Shown here piece after piece: positions 28,824-38,739 of a stretch of DNA of 64,000 nt. Position 1 is the stretch's first letter, and every line of letters begins with the position of its first letter. The stretch comes from Patescibacteria group bacterium (GTDB lineage: Bacteria > Patescibacteriota > Minisyncoccia > Phycocordibacterales > Phycocordibacteraceae), in contig JAZKIS010000004.1 of assembly GCA_040384725.1 (NCBI GenBank), forward strand, positions 1,256 to 65,255, in the 5' to 3' direction. The position numbers and the translations under genes were made by a program. The notes beneath the pieces are model-generated. The model saw nothing but the letters and a program-made list of their open reading frames with translations. It ran no database searches and was not told the DNA's origin.

Positions 28824-29195
28824 ATGAAGCCAACAAGCGAAAAAACTCTCAAGCGCGTATACGCTATGGTCTTTGCAAAAGTCTATCCGATGTATATCGC
28901 TAAGGCAGAAAAGAAGGGTCGCACCAAAGAAGAGGTTGATGAAGTCATCCGATGGTTAACCGGATACACGCAAAGCAAGCTGAAAGCACAGATTGAGAAG
29001 GAAGTGAACTTTGAGGTTTTCTTCAAGACGGCTCCGAAGCTCAACCCTTCACGTAAACTTATTACTGGCATGATCTGCGGCGTGCGGGTGGAGGATATTG
29101 AGGATCCGATCATGCGTGAGATGCGCTATCTGGACAAGCTTGTCGATGAGCTAGCGAAAGGAAGACCAATGGAGAAGATTAAACGACACGTATAA
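28824..29195 (+). CDS. DUF2200 family protein
   Basis: [36 protein letters not shown]-like [24 protein letters not shown]. Confidence 0.85.
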   Translation: MKPTSEKTLKRVYAMVFAKVYPMYIAKAEKKGRTKEEVDEVIRWLTGYTQSKLKAQIEKEVNFEVFFKTAPKLNPSRKLITGMICGVRVEDIEDPIMREMRYLDKLVDELAKGRPMEKIKRHV

Positions 29196-29215
29196 TTCCC
29201 CGGTATACTAGATAT

Positions 29216-29428
29216 ATGAAAATATTTGATTTTTTTCGTACTAAAGAAGAAGAGAAACGGGATACCTCGGGAGACTCGACTGGGGGTTTAGTGACGACAA
29301 GCGCAACAATCGATTCAGAAGACCAACAAGGCGTAGACCAGTCAGCTGGTACGGGTTGGTTTGATTCGTTTATGGGAGGGGACGGTAGTGGCGATGGCGG
29401 AGGAGGAGATGGAGGTGGAGCAGGATAA
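29216..29428 (+). CDS. Small hypothetical protein with Gly-rich tail
   Basis: TATACT 6 nt before ATG; GGDGSGDGGGGDGGGAG end. Confidence 0.6.
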   Translation: MKIFDFFRTKEEEKRDTSGDSTGGLVTTSATIDSEDQQGVDQSAGTGWFDSFMGGDGSGDGGGGDGGGAG

Positions 29429-29496
29429 GTTCGTTACTTCGAGCACGGGCGTCCCAGACTGCCGGCAATTAATCTGCATATGGTATTCTCAAAACC

Positions 29497-30168
29497 ATGA
29501 ATCCAGACGAGTTGAGTCACCAGTACGATTCGATTGCTGATAGCTTTGAAAAAGCTATCGAGGAAGGCAATAAGGCGAGTAAGGATGCAATGCGGGCGCG
29601 CCTGCCAGATATGCATGGCAAGAGTGCGTTGGATATTGGCTGTGGAGAAGGAACTGATGCGGCTTTCTACTTAGAGAGCGGCGCTTCGCGCGTTGCCGGC
29701 CTCGACGCCTCAAAGGAGCTACTTGAGAAGGCGAAGCAGAAGCATCCAGGGATAGATTTTCAGTATGGGCTATTCGAGAAGATCCCATTTGGAGACGGGG
29801 AATTCGATTTCGTATTTTCCAAGTATGCTCTCATGACTTCAGCAGAGCTTGAACCTGCGTTCGTTGAAGTCCAGCGAGTGCTGAAGCCAGGCGGAGTATT
29901 CATGTTCGTCGTTACGCACCCCATTCGTCAGTTTTATGAGAAGAGAAAGGAAGGCAAGGATTACTTCAAGAAAGAGATCGTCGATTCAGTATGCTTCGAC
30001 GGGCTCATAACTTTTAGAGAGCCAACACATACACTCAAGGAGTATCTATCTGAGTACATGCTCTCAAACTTCACTCTTGAAGCCTATGAAGAATGTTTCG
30101 ATCCCGCAGCGGAGAAGATTGTCGATACCTACCCGGGATTCGTTCTGCTTAAGTGGCAGAAGCGATAA
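29497..30168 (+). CDS. Class I SAM-dependent methyltransferase
   Basis: LDIGCGEG motif I, FDFVFS, RVLKPGG. Confidence 0.9.
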   Translation: MNPDELSHQYDSIADSFEKAIEEGNKASKDAMRARLPDMHGKSALDIGCGEGTDAAFYLESGASRVAGLDASKELLEKAKQKHPGIDFQYGLFEKIPFGDGEFDFVFSKYALMTSAELEPAFVEVQRVLKPGGVFMFVVTHPIRQFYEKRKEGKDYFKKEIVDSVCFDGLITFREPTHTLKEYLSEYMLSNFTLEAYEECFDPAAEKIVDTYPGFVLLKWQKR

Positions 30169-30203
30169 ATAGAAAGGTTCCAACATCGTCCCTGACTTCC
30201 GTC
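30169..30203. repeat. Inter-cassette repeat, copy A
   Basis: ATAGAAAGGTTCCAACATCGTCCCTGACTTCC; copies at 30739 and 31271, partial at 29450. Confidence 0.75.
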
Positions 30204-30213
30204 ATCAAATATT

Positions 30214-30239
30214 AAGCCCCGCGATTGCTCGCGGGGCTT
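30214..30239. terminator. Terminator between convergent genes
   Basis: AAGCCCCGCGA-TTGC-TCGCGGGGCTT. Confidence 0.7.
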
Positions 30240-30243
30240 GCAG

Positions 30244-30678
30244 TCAGAACCGATAGCGGTAGACATTCGTTTCTCTCAATACAAAGCCGAGCTCCTTATA
30301 CAGTGCGTTGGCCTTGATCCTGTCAGGACTGCTCGTAAGGTTGCAGGCAGAGAGTCCGCGCTCCTGGGCAAGTTCGAGGATCTTGCGCATGAGATCCAAG
30401 CCAAAGCCTTGGCCTCGATACATCTCATCGACTACGACACTCTCGATAAAGCCGATGGTCTTGTTCAGTAGCGGAGCAAGGACCATTGTGGCAGTCCCGA
30501 CCAGCTTCCCGTCCTCGAATGCACCGAGAACGATAACGTTCGGGGATTGAAGAGAAATCTGTACTCGCTCGCTCTTCAAGGGCGCAGTTCCTGGCGAAAG
30601 TTGCGCGAAGAGTCGAGCAAGATCAGGCATTAGGTCAGCAGCCTGAGATGCCGTTATCTGCTTAATACGTTTTGGCAT
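30244..30678 (-). CDS. GNAT N-acetyltransferase
   Basis: IESVVVDEMYRGQGFG, LTSSPDRIKANALYKELGF. Confidence 0.9.
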   Translation of the reverse strand: MPKRIKQITASQAADLMPDLARLFAQLSPGTAPLKSERVQISLQSPNVIVLGAFEDGKLVGTATMVLAPLLNKTIGFIESVVVDEMYRGQGFGLDLMRKILELAQERGLSACNLTSSPDRIKANALYKELGFVLRETNVYRYRF

Positions 30679-30738
30679 TACCAGCTCCCATGAGGACATC
30701 TAGGGGTACGGCATCAGGGGCAACTTGTGGTGTCTAAT

Positions 30739-30771
30739 ATAAGAAAGTTCCAACACCGTCCCAGACCGCCA
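30739..30771. repeat. Inter-cassette repeat, copy B
   Basis: ATAAGAAAGTTCCAACACCGTCCCAGACCGCCA. Confidence 0.75.
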
Positions 30772-30794
30772 ATTCAGTTTGCTACACTTCGTAT

Positions 30795-31274
30795 ATGGAT
30801 AACGTGCAAGTCGCCAAGAATATAATTCGAGAAACTATATACGCGGTACTCGGCACTGCTTCCTCTGACGGAATGCCATGGATCTCGCCGGTATTTTTCG
30901 CATACGATGACTCATTCAACATATATTGGGTTTCGAACAAAGACTCCCTCCACTCTCAGCTGCTAAGAGAAAATCCAGAAGTAGCAATAACAATCTTTGA
31001 TTCAAGGGCTGTAGAAGGTGAGGGTGATGCTGTTTATATGCGCGCACGCGTAGAAGAGCTTGCAGAAAAAGAAGATATTGAAAACGGAGTTCGTGTCTTC
31101 AATGCTAGGGCCACCGGTGAAGACTTTAAGATAAAGGAAATCTCTGAAGTTATCGGTGAAGGCGTTTGGCGTATTTATAAAGCTACCTCTTATGAGACAA
31201 CGAAGCTCGGGAAGGGGCAGTTTATACATGGCCAGTATGTGGATATGCGTATACCTATCTCACTTGCGGGATAG
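30795..31274 (+). CDS. Pyridoxamine 5'-phosphate oxidase-like FMN-binding protein
   Basis: LGTASSDGMPWISPVFFAYD..SLHSQLLRENPEVAITIFDS. Confidence 0.85.
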   Translation: MDNVQVAKNIIRETIYAVLGTASSDGMPWISPVFFAYDDSFNIYWVSNKDSLHSQLLRENPEVAITIFDSRAVEGEGDAVYMRARVEELAEKEDIENGVRVFNARATGEDFKIKEISEVIGEGVWRIYKATSYETTKLGKGQFIHGQYVDMRIPISLAG

Positions 31275-31302
31275 AAAGCTTCCAACATCGTTCAGGATGC
31301 CA
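31271..31302. repeat. Inter-cassette repeat, copy C
   Basis: ATAGAAAGCTTCCAACATCGTTCAGGATGCCA; overlaps the stop of the preceding gene. Confidence 0.75.
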
Positions 31303-31315
31303 ACAAAAATAGAAC

Positions 31316-31615
31316 CTATTGAAGGCTTACCAACGTAAGAACGGCCACTGTTATTGCACCAAATATCGCGAGCGTTTTTAAGAAGTAAGATACTGCTTCG
31401 ACTCGGCTACCCTCAAGAAGTTTAAGTACCGGTTGATAGAAAAATAGAAACGCCATGACCGCTCCAGAAAAGACAAACAGTGAAATAACACCTATCCCGT
31501 CAAGCAAGGTGTCCGGCGTATCGTGACGGAGCGATTCAATAAAATGCATAAACAGCACTACCAGGCCAATGTAGAGAATGGCAGCGAATGCGTTTAGAAA
31601 GGGATGCCACTTCAT
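31316..31615 (-). CDS. Three-TM membrane protein
   Basis: Hydrophobic segments; LFVFSGAVMAFLFFYQP..EAVSYFLKTL. Confidence 0.75.
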   Translation of the reverse strand: MKWHPFLNAFAAILYIGLVVLFMHFIESLRHDTPDTLLDGIGVISLFVFSGAVMAFLFFYQPVLKLLEGSRVEAVSYFLKTLAIFGAITVAVLTLVSLQ

Positions 31616-31697
31616 ATGCTTGGTATAACACCGCATATGCATCTTTGGTTGCTTGTCCTCACAAGGACCAGGAGGCAATAGGGTATAGTTTAAATAT

Positions 31698-32036
31698 ATG
31701 AAATTCTTTGTTACCTACCAAATGGCCCATACAGGCCTCGACGAGTGGATGAAATTGCCAGAAGACGAGCGCAAAGCTCATGAAGTGCAGATGCAGTCCG
31801 ACTGGAATGCGTGGATGGAAGCCCATAAGGCATCTATTACGGAAAGCGCAGGCGTCGGGAAGCCCAAGCGCATCACGGTCTCAGGAGTCGAAGACTCTCG
31901 TAACGACATAATGATGTATTCGTTCGTCGAGGCGGAGTCGCTCGAGGCTGCGGCAGAACTCTTCAAGGACCACCCGCATTTCGGCATCCCTGGCGGATGG
32001 ATCGAGGTTATGTCCGTAAACAAGGCTATTAGTTAG
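31698..32036 (+). CDS. YCII-related/DGPF-like protein
   Basis: WNAWM..YSFVEAESLEAAAELFKDHPH..IEV. Confidence 0.72.
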   Translation: MKFFVTYQMAHTGLDEWMKLPEDERKAHEVQMQSDWNAWMEAHKASITESAGVGKPKRITVSGVEDSRNDIMMYSFVEAESLEAAAELFKDHPHFGIPGGWIEVMSVNKAIS

Positions 32037-32169
32037 CCAAGAGCGTCGCTTGTTATCGCAAGCCGCCAGCATTATGTGCTGGCGGCTTGCTTGTTGCTCT
32101 GGAAAGACCCTATATTTGTCATTCATATTTTCTATGATATAATCATCCCACTACTCCTAGACATCTCTC

Positions 32170-32652
32170 ATGAACGATTTTAAGAAAAATAGATTCAGCA
32201 AAGACAGTAAGCCGGGCGGCTTCTCTCGTCCGAGCTTCGGCGGCGCATCGCGTCGTCCTCAGGCACGCGCCTTCGGCGAGCAGACCGAGACGTTCAAGAC
32301 GTCCTGCAGCAAGTGCCACGCTGCGTGCGAGGTCCCGTTTCGTCCAAACGGAAAAAAGCCGGTCTTCTGCAAGAACTGCTTCGTCCGTGACGATGTGCGC
32401 CCAACCGGCAACTCATACGAGAAGCGCAGCTACAACACGGAGCGCCCGGCACCGCAGCCTATCCAGCAGGAGGATCCTCGCATAGGCGCTATGCAGAAGG
32501 AGCTCGGCGTCATACATGCGAAGCTCGACGCGCTCATGAAGAGCCTCGAAGGTTCCGCATACGACTCCATCCTAACGGCCTCGAAGGAGCGCGCGGAAAA
32601 GCCTAAGAAAGCGGCTCCTGCAAAGAAGGTGGCCAAGAAAAAGGCAGCGTAA
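32170..32652 (+). CDS. CxxC-x17-CxxC domain protein
   Basis: CSKCHAACEVPFRPNGKKPVFCKNCF; Lys/Ala-rich tail. Confidence 0.85.
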   Translation: MNDFKKNRFSKDSKPGGFSRPSFGGASRRPQARAFGEQTETFKTSCSKCHAACEVPFRPNGKKPVFCKNCFVRDDVRPTGNSYEKRSYNTERPAPQPIQQEDPRIGAMQKELGVIHAKLDALMKSLEGSAYDSILTASKERAEKPKKAAPAKKVAKKKAA

Positions 32653-32743
32653 GCGAAATAATCAAAAAGCGGCACATAGTGCCGCTTTTTGCGTATCCCT
32701 GCTTCATCAATTCGATAGACGCATTCCGTACCCTTAGATAGGT

Positions 32744-34012
32744 ATGGCAACACGCGAAGAACTCTGGGACATCGGCATGCGCGCGATACGCGAGCTCGAG
32801 GTTGATCGCGGCCTCCTCGCATCCGGACGAGAGGAGCTCTATGGCTGCGTCTTCGGGCGTGACTCGCTTATAACGAGCCTCCTGCTGCTTCGTGTCTATG
32901 AGAAGACCCAGGATGCGTATCTCCTGGCACTCGTGCGCAAGGTCTTGGTCAATCTCGCGAAACTGCAGGGACGCGAGACGAACATCGAGAGCGGCGAAGA
33001 GCCGGGAAAGATCATTCATGAATTCCGGCCGGACAATCACGAGCGGCTGACGAAGGATCTGGAGCACCCGTGGTATCTCTATCCGGACGGTGTCATGCGC
33101 AACTACGACAGCGTGGACGCGACGCCACTCTTCTTGATTACGATCGAGCGGTATTACCGCCTGAGTAACGACGAGGGCATCCTCGATCTCCTGAAGGGGA
33201 ACGTGAGCGACGCGCTCGCGTGGCTCCTGCAATCGCTCGAGGAGAACCAGGACGGCTTCGTGGGATATCAGGTGCATCCGGAACGCACGTTCGGCGGACT
33301 GCGTGTCCAGAGCTGGATGGATAGCAGCGGGTCGCTCTTCTTTGAGGATCGGGATGAAGAGCCTGCATACTCTATCGCCCCGGTTGAAGTGCAGGCCTAT
33401 GCGTATCGCGCGCTCTCAGTGTGGCATCTCCTGTTGCAGGAAGACGAGCCTGATCTCGCAGAGCTCCTCCTGTCTCGGGCGCGCGATCTGCGCGAGCGTT
33501 TCTATGAGCACTTCATGCTTCCGAACGGTACGCCCGCGTTCGCGCTCGACGGACAGAGCCGCATGCTTCCGTCGGTACGCTCAACTATGGGTCACTGCCT
33601 GTGGATGGGTGCGCGTGACGAAGGAGTGTATTACTCGCTCTTCGCGCCGGAAGACGTTGGGCGAGTTGTCACAAGGCTCATGCAGCCGGACTTGTTCGTA
33701 CCCGAGGCCGGCATACGGACCCTGAGCGAGAAGTCCTCGCACTTCAACGCGAATAGTTATCACAACGGCTCCATATGGCCTCACGATACGGCACTTATCG
33801 CGCTCGGTATGCGTGATGCGGGGTTTGAGAAAGAGGCGAGTGAAGTACGTGACGCGATTCTGAACGCCTATGCGGTCTTCGAAGTCCCGCTTGAGCTCTT
33901 CGTGCATGACGGAGGTCTCAAAGACTATAAAAGCGGCACCGGACAAGGCGCATGCCAGACGCAGGCGTGGAGCGCTGCAGGGCTCCTCGCGATCCTCGCT
34001 GAGGAGTTCTAA
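32744..34012 (+). CDS. Amylo-alpha-1,6-glucosidase (glycogen debranching-like)
   Basis: FGRDSLI, EEPGKIIHE, DATPLF, WMDS, SYHNGSIWPHD, QAWSAA. Confidence 0.87.
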   Translation: MATREELWDIGMRAIRELEVDRGLLASGREELYGCVFGRDSLITSLLLLRVYEKTQDAYLLALVRKVLVNLAKLQGRETNIESGEEPGKIIHEFRPDNHERLTKDLEHPWYLYPDGVMRNYDSVDATPLFLITIERYYRLSNDEGILDLLKGNVSDALAWLLQSLEENQDGFVGYQVHPERTFGGLRVQSWMDSSGSLFFEDRDEEPAYSIAPVEVQAYAYRALSVWHLLLQEDEPDLAELLLSRARDLRERFYEHFMLPNGTPAFALDGQSRMLPSVRSTMGHCLWMGARDEGVYYSLFAPEDVGRVVTRLMQPDLFVPEAGIRTLSEKSSHFNANSYHNGSIWPHDTALIALGMRDAGFEKEASEVRDAILNAYAVFEVPLELFVHDGGLKDYKSGTGQGACQTQAWSAAGLLAILAEEF

Positions 34013-34047
34013 TTGTCCTAACGCATAGGTCGGGGTACTGTGGCTCT

Positions 34048-34392
34048 ATGAACGTGCATCATCGCATCAACTACATCGAATTCTCTGCAGAAGACTTGAC
34101 GTCCGTGAAGGATTTCTACGGACTTGTATTCGGCTGGAAGTTTACAGACTACGGTCCTGAGTACGCAGCCTTCACGGACGGGAACCTCGAAGGAGGATTC
34201 GAGAAAGGTGCCGCTCGACCGAAGAATGGCGCCCTGGTTATTCTCTACTCAGAGAATCTTATGGAGACGCTCGCAAAAGTAGAAGAGGCAGGAGGGACCA
34301 TAACGAAGCCCATATTTGATTTCCCTGGAGGGAAGCGTTTCCATTTTATCGATACGGCTGGCAATGAGCTCGCTGTCTGGTCCGATGCCTAA
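34048..34392 (+). CDS. VOC/glyoxalase family protein
   Basis: INYIEF..FYGLVFGW..FPGGKRFHFIDTAGNELAVWS. Confidence 0.9.
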   Translation: MNVHHRINYIEFSAEDLTSVKDFYGLVFGWKFTDYGPEYAAFTDGNLEGGFEKGAARPKNGALVILYSENLMETLAKVEEAGGTITKPIFDFPGGKRFHFIDTAGNELAVWSDA

Positions 34393-35632
34393 GAACGCTG
34401 ATACGTACGACGTCATTGTCGTCGGGGGAGGCGCTGCGGGCATGATGGCGGCGGGAGTTGCTGCTGCAAACAGTAAGCGCGTCTTACTCATCGAGAAGAA
34501 TCGGAAGCTCGGAGAGAAGCTTTCTATAACCGGCGGCGGACGTTGTAATATCGCGAATGCGGAAGAAGACGAGCGCAAGCTCCTTTCTAACTTCGGCTCG
34601 GCAAGCAACTTCCTGCACTCGCCGTTCTCTCAGTTTGGCGTTGCCGAGACTTTCAGGTTCTTCGAGTCGATCGGGACACCTACGGTTGTCGAAGCGAGGA
34701 ATCGTGCGTTCCCGTGGTCTAAGAGCGCCCCTGAGGTAACGGCAGCACTTTTCAAGTACGTGAAAGCGCAGGGTGTCGATATTAAGATCGGCCTTCCAGT
34801 TGCGCGGGTGCAGGCACATGGCGGAAAGATAAGTCATGTACTCATGGGCGGTAAGGAGTACACCGCCGACTCCTATATCTTCGCAACGGGCGGCGTCTCG
34901 CATCCGGAGACCGGTTCAACAGGCGACGGGTTCCGCTGGCTCGCTGAGCTCGGCCACTCGGTTGAGAACCCGACGCCCACCATCGTGCCGCTTCGCGTGA
35001 AGGAAGCCTGGAGCAAGTCGCTCGCTGGCATCACGATCAAGGACATGAAGATGACCGTCTTCGTAGACGGGGTTAAGAAGCAGGTACTCAAAGGTGATGT
35101 GCTGCTGACACACTTCGGAATCTCGGGACCGCTCATACTGAACGCTGCCGGAAAGATCGCGGACCTCATGCAGGAAGGAGAAGTAACGGCACACATCGAT
35201 GCGTATCCGCTCAAAGACCTCGGCATACTCGATAAGCACATCGCATCGGTATTCAATGAGAACAAGAACAAGGAGCTGCAGAACGTATTCCGTTCGATCG
35301 CGCCTATGGGCACGAGCGATGCGCTCCTGTCGCTTGTCCCGAACATCGACCGCGACAAGCGCGTGCACAGCGTGACCAAGGAAGAGCGCCGAAGGCTCGC
35401 TGAGCTCCTTAAGGCGCTCCCGCTCACCATTACTGGCCTCATGGGACTCGACCGAGCGGTTGTCGCTGACGGAGGCGTCGCGCTCACCGAGATCGATACG
35501 AAGACCATGCGTTCCAAGGTATGCGAGAATCTCTTCGTTATCGGGGATCTTTTGAACATAAAGCGCCCTACGGGCGGCTACTCCCTGCAGCTCTGCTGGA
35601 CCACCGGGTATGTCGCAGGAAAGAACGCCTAA
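34385..35632 (+). CDS. HI0933/BaiN-family flavoprotein
   Basis: GGGAAGMMAA, ITGGGRCN, GSTGDG, THFGISGP, TGGYSLQ. Confidence 0.9.
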   Translation: MPKNADTYDVIVVGGGAAGMMAAGVAAANSKRVLLIEKNRKLGEKLSITGGGRCNIANAEEDERKLLSNFGSASNFLHSPFSQFGVAETFRFFESIGTPTVVEARNRAFPWSKSAPEVTAALFKYVKAQGVDIKIGLPVARVQAHGGKISHVLMGGKEYTADSYIFATGGVSHPETGSTGDGFRWLAELGHSVENPTPTIVPLRVKEAWSKSLAGITIKDMKMTVFVDGVKKQVLKGDVLLTHFGISGPLILNAAGKIADLMQEGEVTAHIDAYPLKDLGILDKHIASVFNENKNKELQNVFRSIAPMGTSDALLSLVPNIDRDKRVHSVTKEERRRLAELLKALPLTITGLMGLDRAVVADGGVALTEIDTKTMRSKVCENLFVIGDLLNIKRPTGGYSLQLCWTTGYVAGKNA

Positions 35633-35641
35633 CATCTATCT

Positions 35642-36190
35642 ATGAAAAAAGTACTACTTATCGTTGTTCTCGCTATCGGAATCCTGGTTGCGCTTTTCTT
35701 CGCGCTTAACGCCTACATCTATAGCGAAAAGCAGGGGGACGGACTCCCGCAAGACTTCAAAGAAGTTACGTTTACGATATCGGGCGAACCGGTCTCGCTT
35801 AAAGACGGAGTTGCACAGGCCCGAACGAATCTCGGGGGAGATGCACTTACAACGATCACCTACTTCGGCAACGAGATAGCGCATGACGTTGATGGGGACG
35901 GTATAGAGGATATGGTGTTCCTCATAACGCAGGAGACCAAAGCAGGGAACGAGTACTTCTATCTTGCCGCCGCCCTTAAGAGAGACGACGGATACGTAGG
36001 CTCTCAGGCAGTCTTGATTGGAGACCGCATTAAGCCGCAATCCACCGACAAGGGCGAGGGACGAAGCGTAATTGTGAACTATGTCGAGGCAGCACGGCCA
36101 GAGACGGGCAGGAGCCTCCATCTGTTGCTCGACGTAGATACTCTTGAGTTCGGCGAGCTCGTCCAGGATTTCGAAGGCGAGAGCCGGTAG
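35642..36190 (+). CDS. Membrane-anchored hypothetical protein
   Basis: N-terminal TM, FFALNAYIYSEKQG, DVDGDG loop, LIGDRI. Confidence 0.75.
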   Translation: MKKVLLIVVLAIGILVALFFALNAYIYSEKQGDGLPQDFKEVTFTISGEPVSLKDGVAQARTNLGGDALTTITYFGNEIAHDVDGDGIEDMVFLITQETKAGNEYFYLAAALKRDDGYVGSQAVLIGDRIKPQSTDKGEGRSVIVNYVEAARPETGRSLHLLLDVDTLEFGELVQDFEGESR

Positions 36191-36232
36191 GCGCTTATCA
36201 ATACGACACAAATAGTGTAGGATAGGAAGACT

Positions 36233-37720
36233 ATGGCACCGAATGCCCCCGTAAAGCCGAGCAATGGACCGCAGGAAGCGGTCTTGCGCTTTGAGGATGT
36301 CTCGTTCAATTACGGGCATAACTACCCGATCGTCACGGAAGTGAACTTCTCTTTGAGGAAGGGCATGAAGGTTACGCTCATGGGTCAGAACGGGGCTGGG
36401 AAGTCGACTATCTTCAAGATGATCGAAGGGTCGCTGAAGCCCGAGATCGGGAAGATCCAGATACCGCGCGGACTCACCATCGCGCTCTCGCACCAGGTGA
36501 TCCTGCCGGAAGACCGCGACCTTACGATCCGGGAGTTCTTCGAGAAGCGCTTCGCGGAGAAGGTCTATGACATCGACCCTAAGATCGACGAGGTACTCGA
36601 GGTGGTGAACCTGCATGCGCCGCATGACCGCATCATAAAGACGTTCTCAGGCGGCCAGCAGGCACGTCTCCTCTTAGCGTCCGCTCTTATTCAGGACCCG
36701 GATATCCTGCTGCTCGACGAGCCTACGAACAATCTCGATACCTCGGGCATCGAGCACCTCACGAAGTTTCTTTTGACCTACGAGAAGACCGTGCTCGTTA
36801 TCTCCCACGATGCGGAGTTCTTGAACACGTTCTCGAACGGCGTCTTGTACCTCGACGTGCATACGAAGAAGGTCGAGCAGTACGTCGGCAACTACTACGA
36901 CCTCTTGAATGAGATCTCTGCCCGTATCGAGCGCGAGAACCGCAAGAACGCGCAGCTCGAGAAGAAGATCCAGGACAACAAGGACAAGGCGAACTTCTTC
37001 GCACAGAAGGGAGGCAAGATGCGCGTCGTTGCGAAGAAGATGCGTGACGAGATCGAGGAGATGGAGGAATCCAAGGTGGATGTCCGTAAGGAAGACAAGA
37101 CCATCCGCTCGTTCGTGATCCCTGTCCAGGAAGACGTCATCGGCGAGATCCTCACCATCAACTCTCTTTCCATAATCGACCCGAAGACGCATCAGCCGAA
37201 AGAGAAGAAGGCATCTATCGTTATGAAGAAGAAACAGCATCTTCTCTTGAAGGGTCCGAACGGCATCGGCAAGACCACCTTGCTCGAGTCCATGGCAAAC
37301 GGCACGGCGAAGGGCGCAACTATTGCTAAGCACGTGAAGGTCGGCTACTACCGCCAGGACTTCTCAACGCTGAACTTCGAGCACACGGTACGCGAATCCC
37401 TGCTTCAGGCGATGGATAAGCCGAACGAGGAGCAGATGCGCAAGGTAGCGGCCAGCTTCATCATCACGAGCGACTCCATCGGCAAGAAGATCGGTGCCTT
37501 GTCCGAGGGGCAGAAGGGTCTCGTAGCGTTCGCGCGCTTGGTGCTCATGCAGCCAGGCCTCCTTATCCTCGACGAGCCGACGAACCACATAAACTTCCGC
37601 CATATCCCCGTGATCGCGAAAGCGCTCGACCAGTACGAAGGCGCAATGGTGCTCGTCTCCCACGTGCCTGAGTTCGTCGAAAAGATCCGTATCGACGAGA
37701 CGCTCGACCTCGCGAAATAG
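36233..37720 (+). CDS. ABC-F family ATPase
   Basis: Two ABC domains (GQNGAGKST, GPNGIGKTT), two LDEPTN motifs, no TM. Confidence 0.92.
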   Translation: MAPNAPVKPSNGPQEAVLRFEDVSFNYGHNYPIVTEVNFSLRKGMKVTLMGQNGAGKSTIFKMIEGSLKPEIGKIQIPRGLTIALSHQVILPEDRDLTIREFFEKRFAEKVYDIDPKIDEVLEVVNLHAPHDRIIKTFSGGQQARLLLASALIQDPDILLLDEPTNNLDTSGIEHLTKFLLTYEKTVLVISHDAEFLNTFSNGVLYLDVHTKKVEQYVGNYYDLLNEISARIERENRKNAQLEKKIQDNKDKANFFAQKGGKMRVVAKKMRDEIEEMEESKVDVRKEDKTIRSFVIPVQEDVIGEILTINSLSIIDPKTHQPKEKKASIVMKKKQHLLLKGPNGIGKTTLLESMANGTAKGATIAKHVKVGYYRQDFSTLNFEHTVRESLLQAMDKPNEEQMRKVAASFIITSDSIGKKIGALSEGQKGLVAFARLVLMQPGLLILDEPTNHINFRHIPVIAKALDQYEGAMVLVSHVPEFVEKIRIDETLDLAK

Positions 37721-37777
37721 CATTGCCTAAAAGAAAAACCCGCTAGGTCCGAGAGGACCTAGCGGGCAGTGCTGCTG

Positions 37778-38575
37778 TTAGGCAGGGGTTTTCTCCCTCA
37801 AGTTTTCAAGCTCGAGACGTTCATGGAAGCTTTCTGCAGCAGACAAAACAGTCCGTACGAGGATGAGGATGCAAGAAGCAGGTTTTCCAAAGTAAGCCGA
37901 CTCCTCCACCGTCTTGAGTGTGCTGCGAGGATGGAACTCTATCTCCTTGCGGGCCATCTCCTCGAGGTGAGGAAGCACGTCCTTAAAGTAATACCATTTC
38001 TGCAGTGACGCCCCCTGAGCAAGCGGACTTTCAATGGGCAGCAGTTCACTCAGCCGACCCATCATATAAATGATATCGAGCGCCTGTATTTTGTGTGCGA
38101 GTGTGGCATCTTTCATTCGGCCTTCCCATAGGCTCCAGCAGAGGTTTCCTCGAAGACGCCGGATAATCTTATCTGCTTCGACCGAATCCCTGAATTCGTT
38201 GATGAAGCCAGTACCGGCTTCATCAGGACGGAAAAACCACAGAGCCTTTTCAAGGATATCAATCCTGACGTGTCGGAAATTATCGTACTGCCAGGTTGAG
38301 ATGTCTCTCTCAAGGAGGCGCGCTATTACTTGGCGCGCCTTACCCGCAAGTGCCGCGCTCCGGGGGTCGGATACACGCCTCGCGTCGGCAACCTCCATGA
38401 GATATACCAGCTTCTTGTCCGCACCTTCTTGCCAGGGAAGATCGATGCACGCACCCAGTCTCCCCACCGCACCAGGAATATCAGGCGCGTCTTCAACTTG
38501 CTGCTTCCAGAAGTCGAACGTCCACTCGGAGACAGGCTGCGCAAGCATGTCCGGGTCTTCAGTCTTGGTCGACAT
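37778..38575 (-). CDS. Hypothetical protein
   Basis: AAAGGA SD before MSTKTED; TCGACG-17-TATAGT promoter; terminator about 37733-37766. Confidence 0.72.
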   Translation of the reverse strand: MSTKTEDPDMLAQPVSEWTFDFWKQQVEDAPDIPGAVGRLGACIDLPWQEGADKKLVYLMEVADARRVSDPRSAALAGKARQVIARLLERDISTWQYDNFRHVRIDILEKALWFFRPDEAGTGFINEFRDSVEADKIIRRLRGNLCWSLWEGRMKDATLAHKIQALDIIYMMGRLSELLPIESPLAQGASLQKWYYFKDVLPHLEEMARKEIEFHPRSTLKTVEESAYFGKPASCILILVRTVLSAAESFHERLELENLREKTPA

Positions 38576-38739
38576 GACCGTATCCTTTCGATATGCCACG
38601 AAGGGCTTCAGATGTGAAGGGACAGTATCCCGTGGAGACTATACGCCTATAGGTAATGAACGTCGAATCCTGTCCGTGAAGCGCCCTAGATGACATTGTC
38701 TAATCGCACGAAATACAGCAGCAGGATACACTACTGATA

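Noticed and set aside
29370-29425. GGA/GGT-rich tandem stretch
   Set aside because: Explained as Gly codons of the 70 aa ORF tail.
30169-31302. Repeats considered as a CRISPR array or classical integron attC sites
   Set aside because: Spacing is 500-600 bp and gene-filled, copies are degenerate and non-palindromic, and no cas or intI gene is present.
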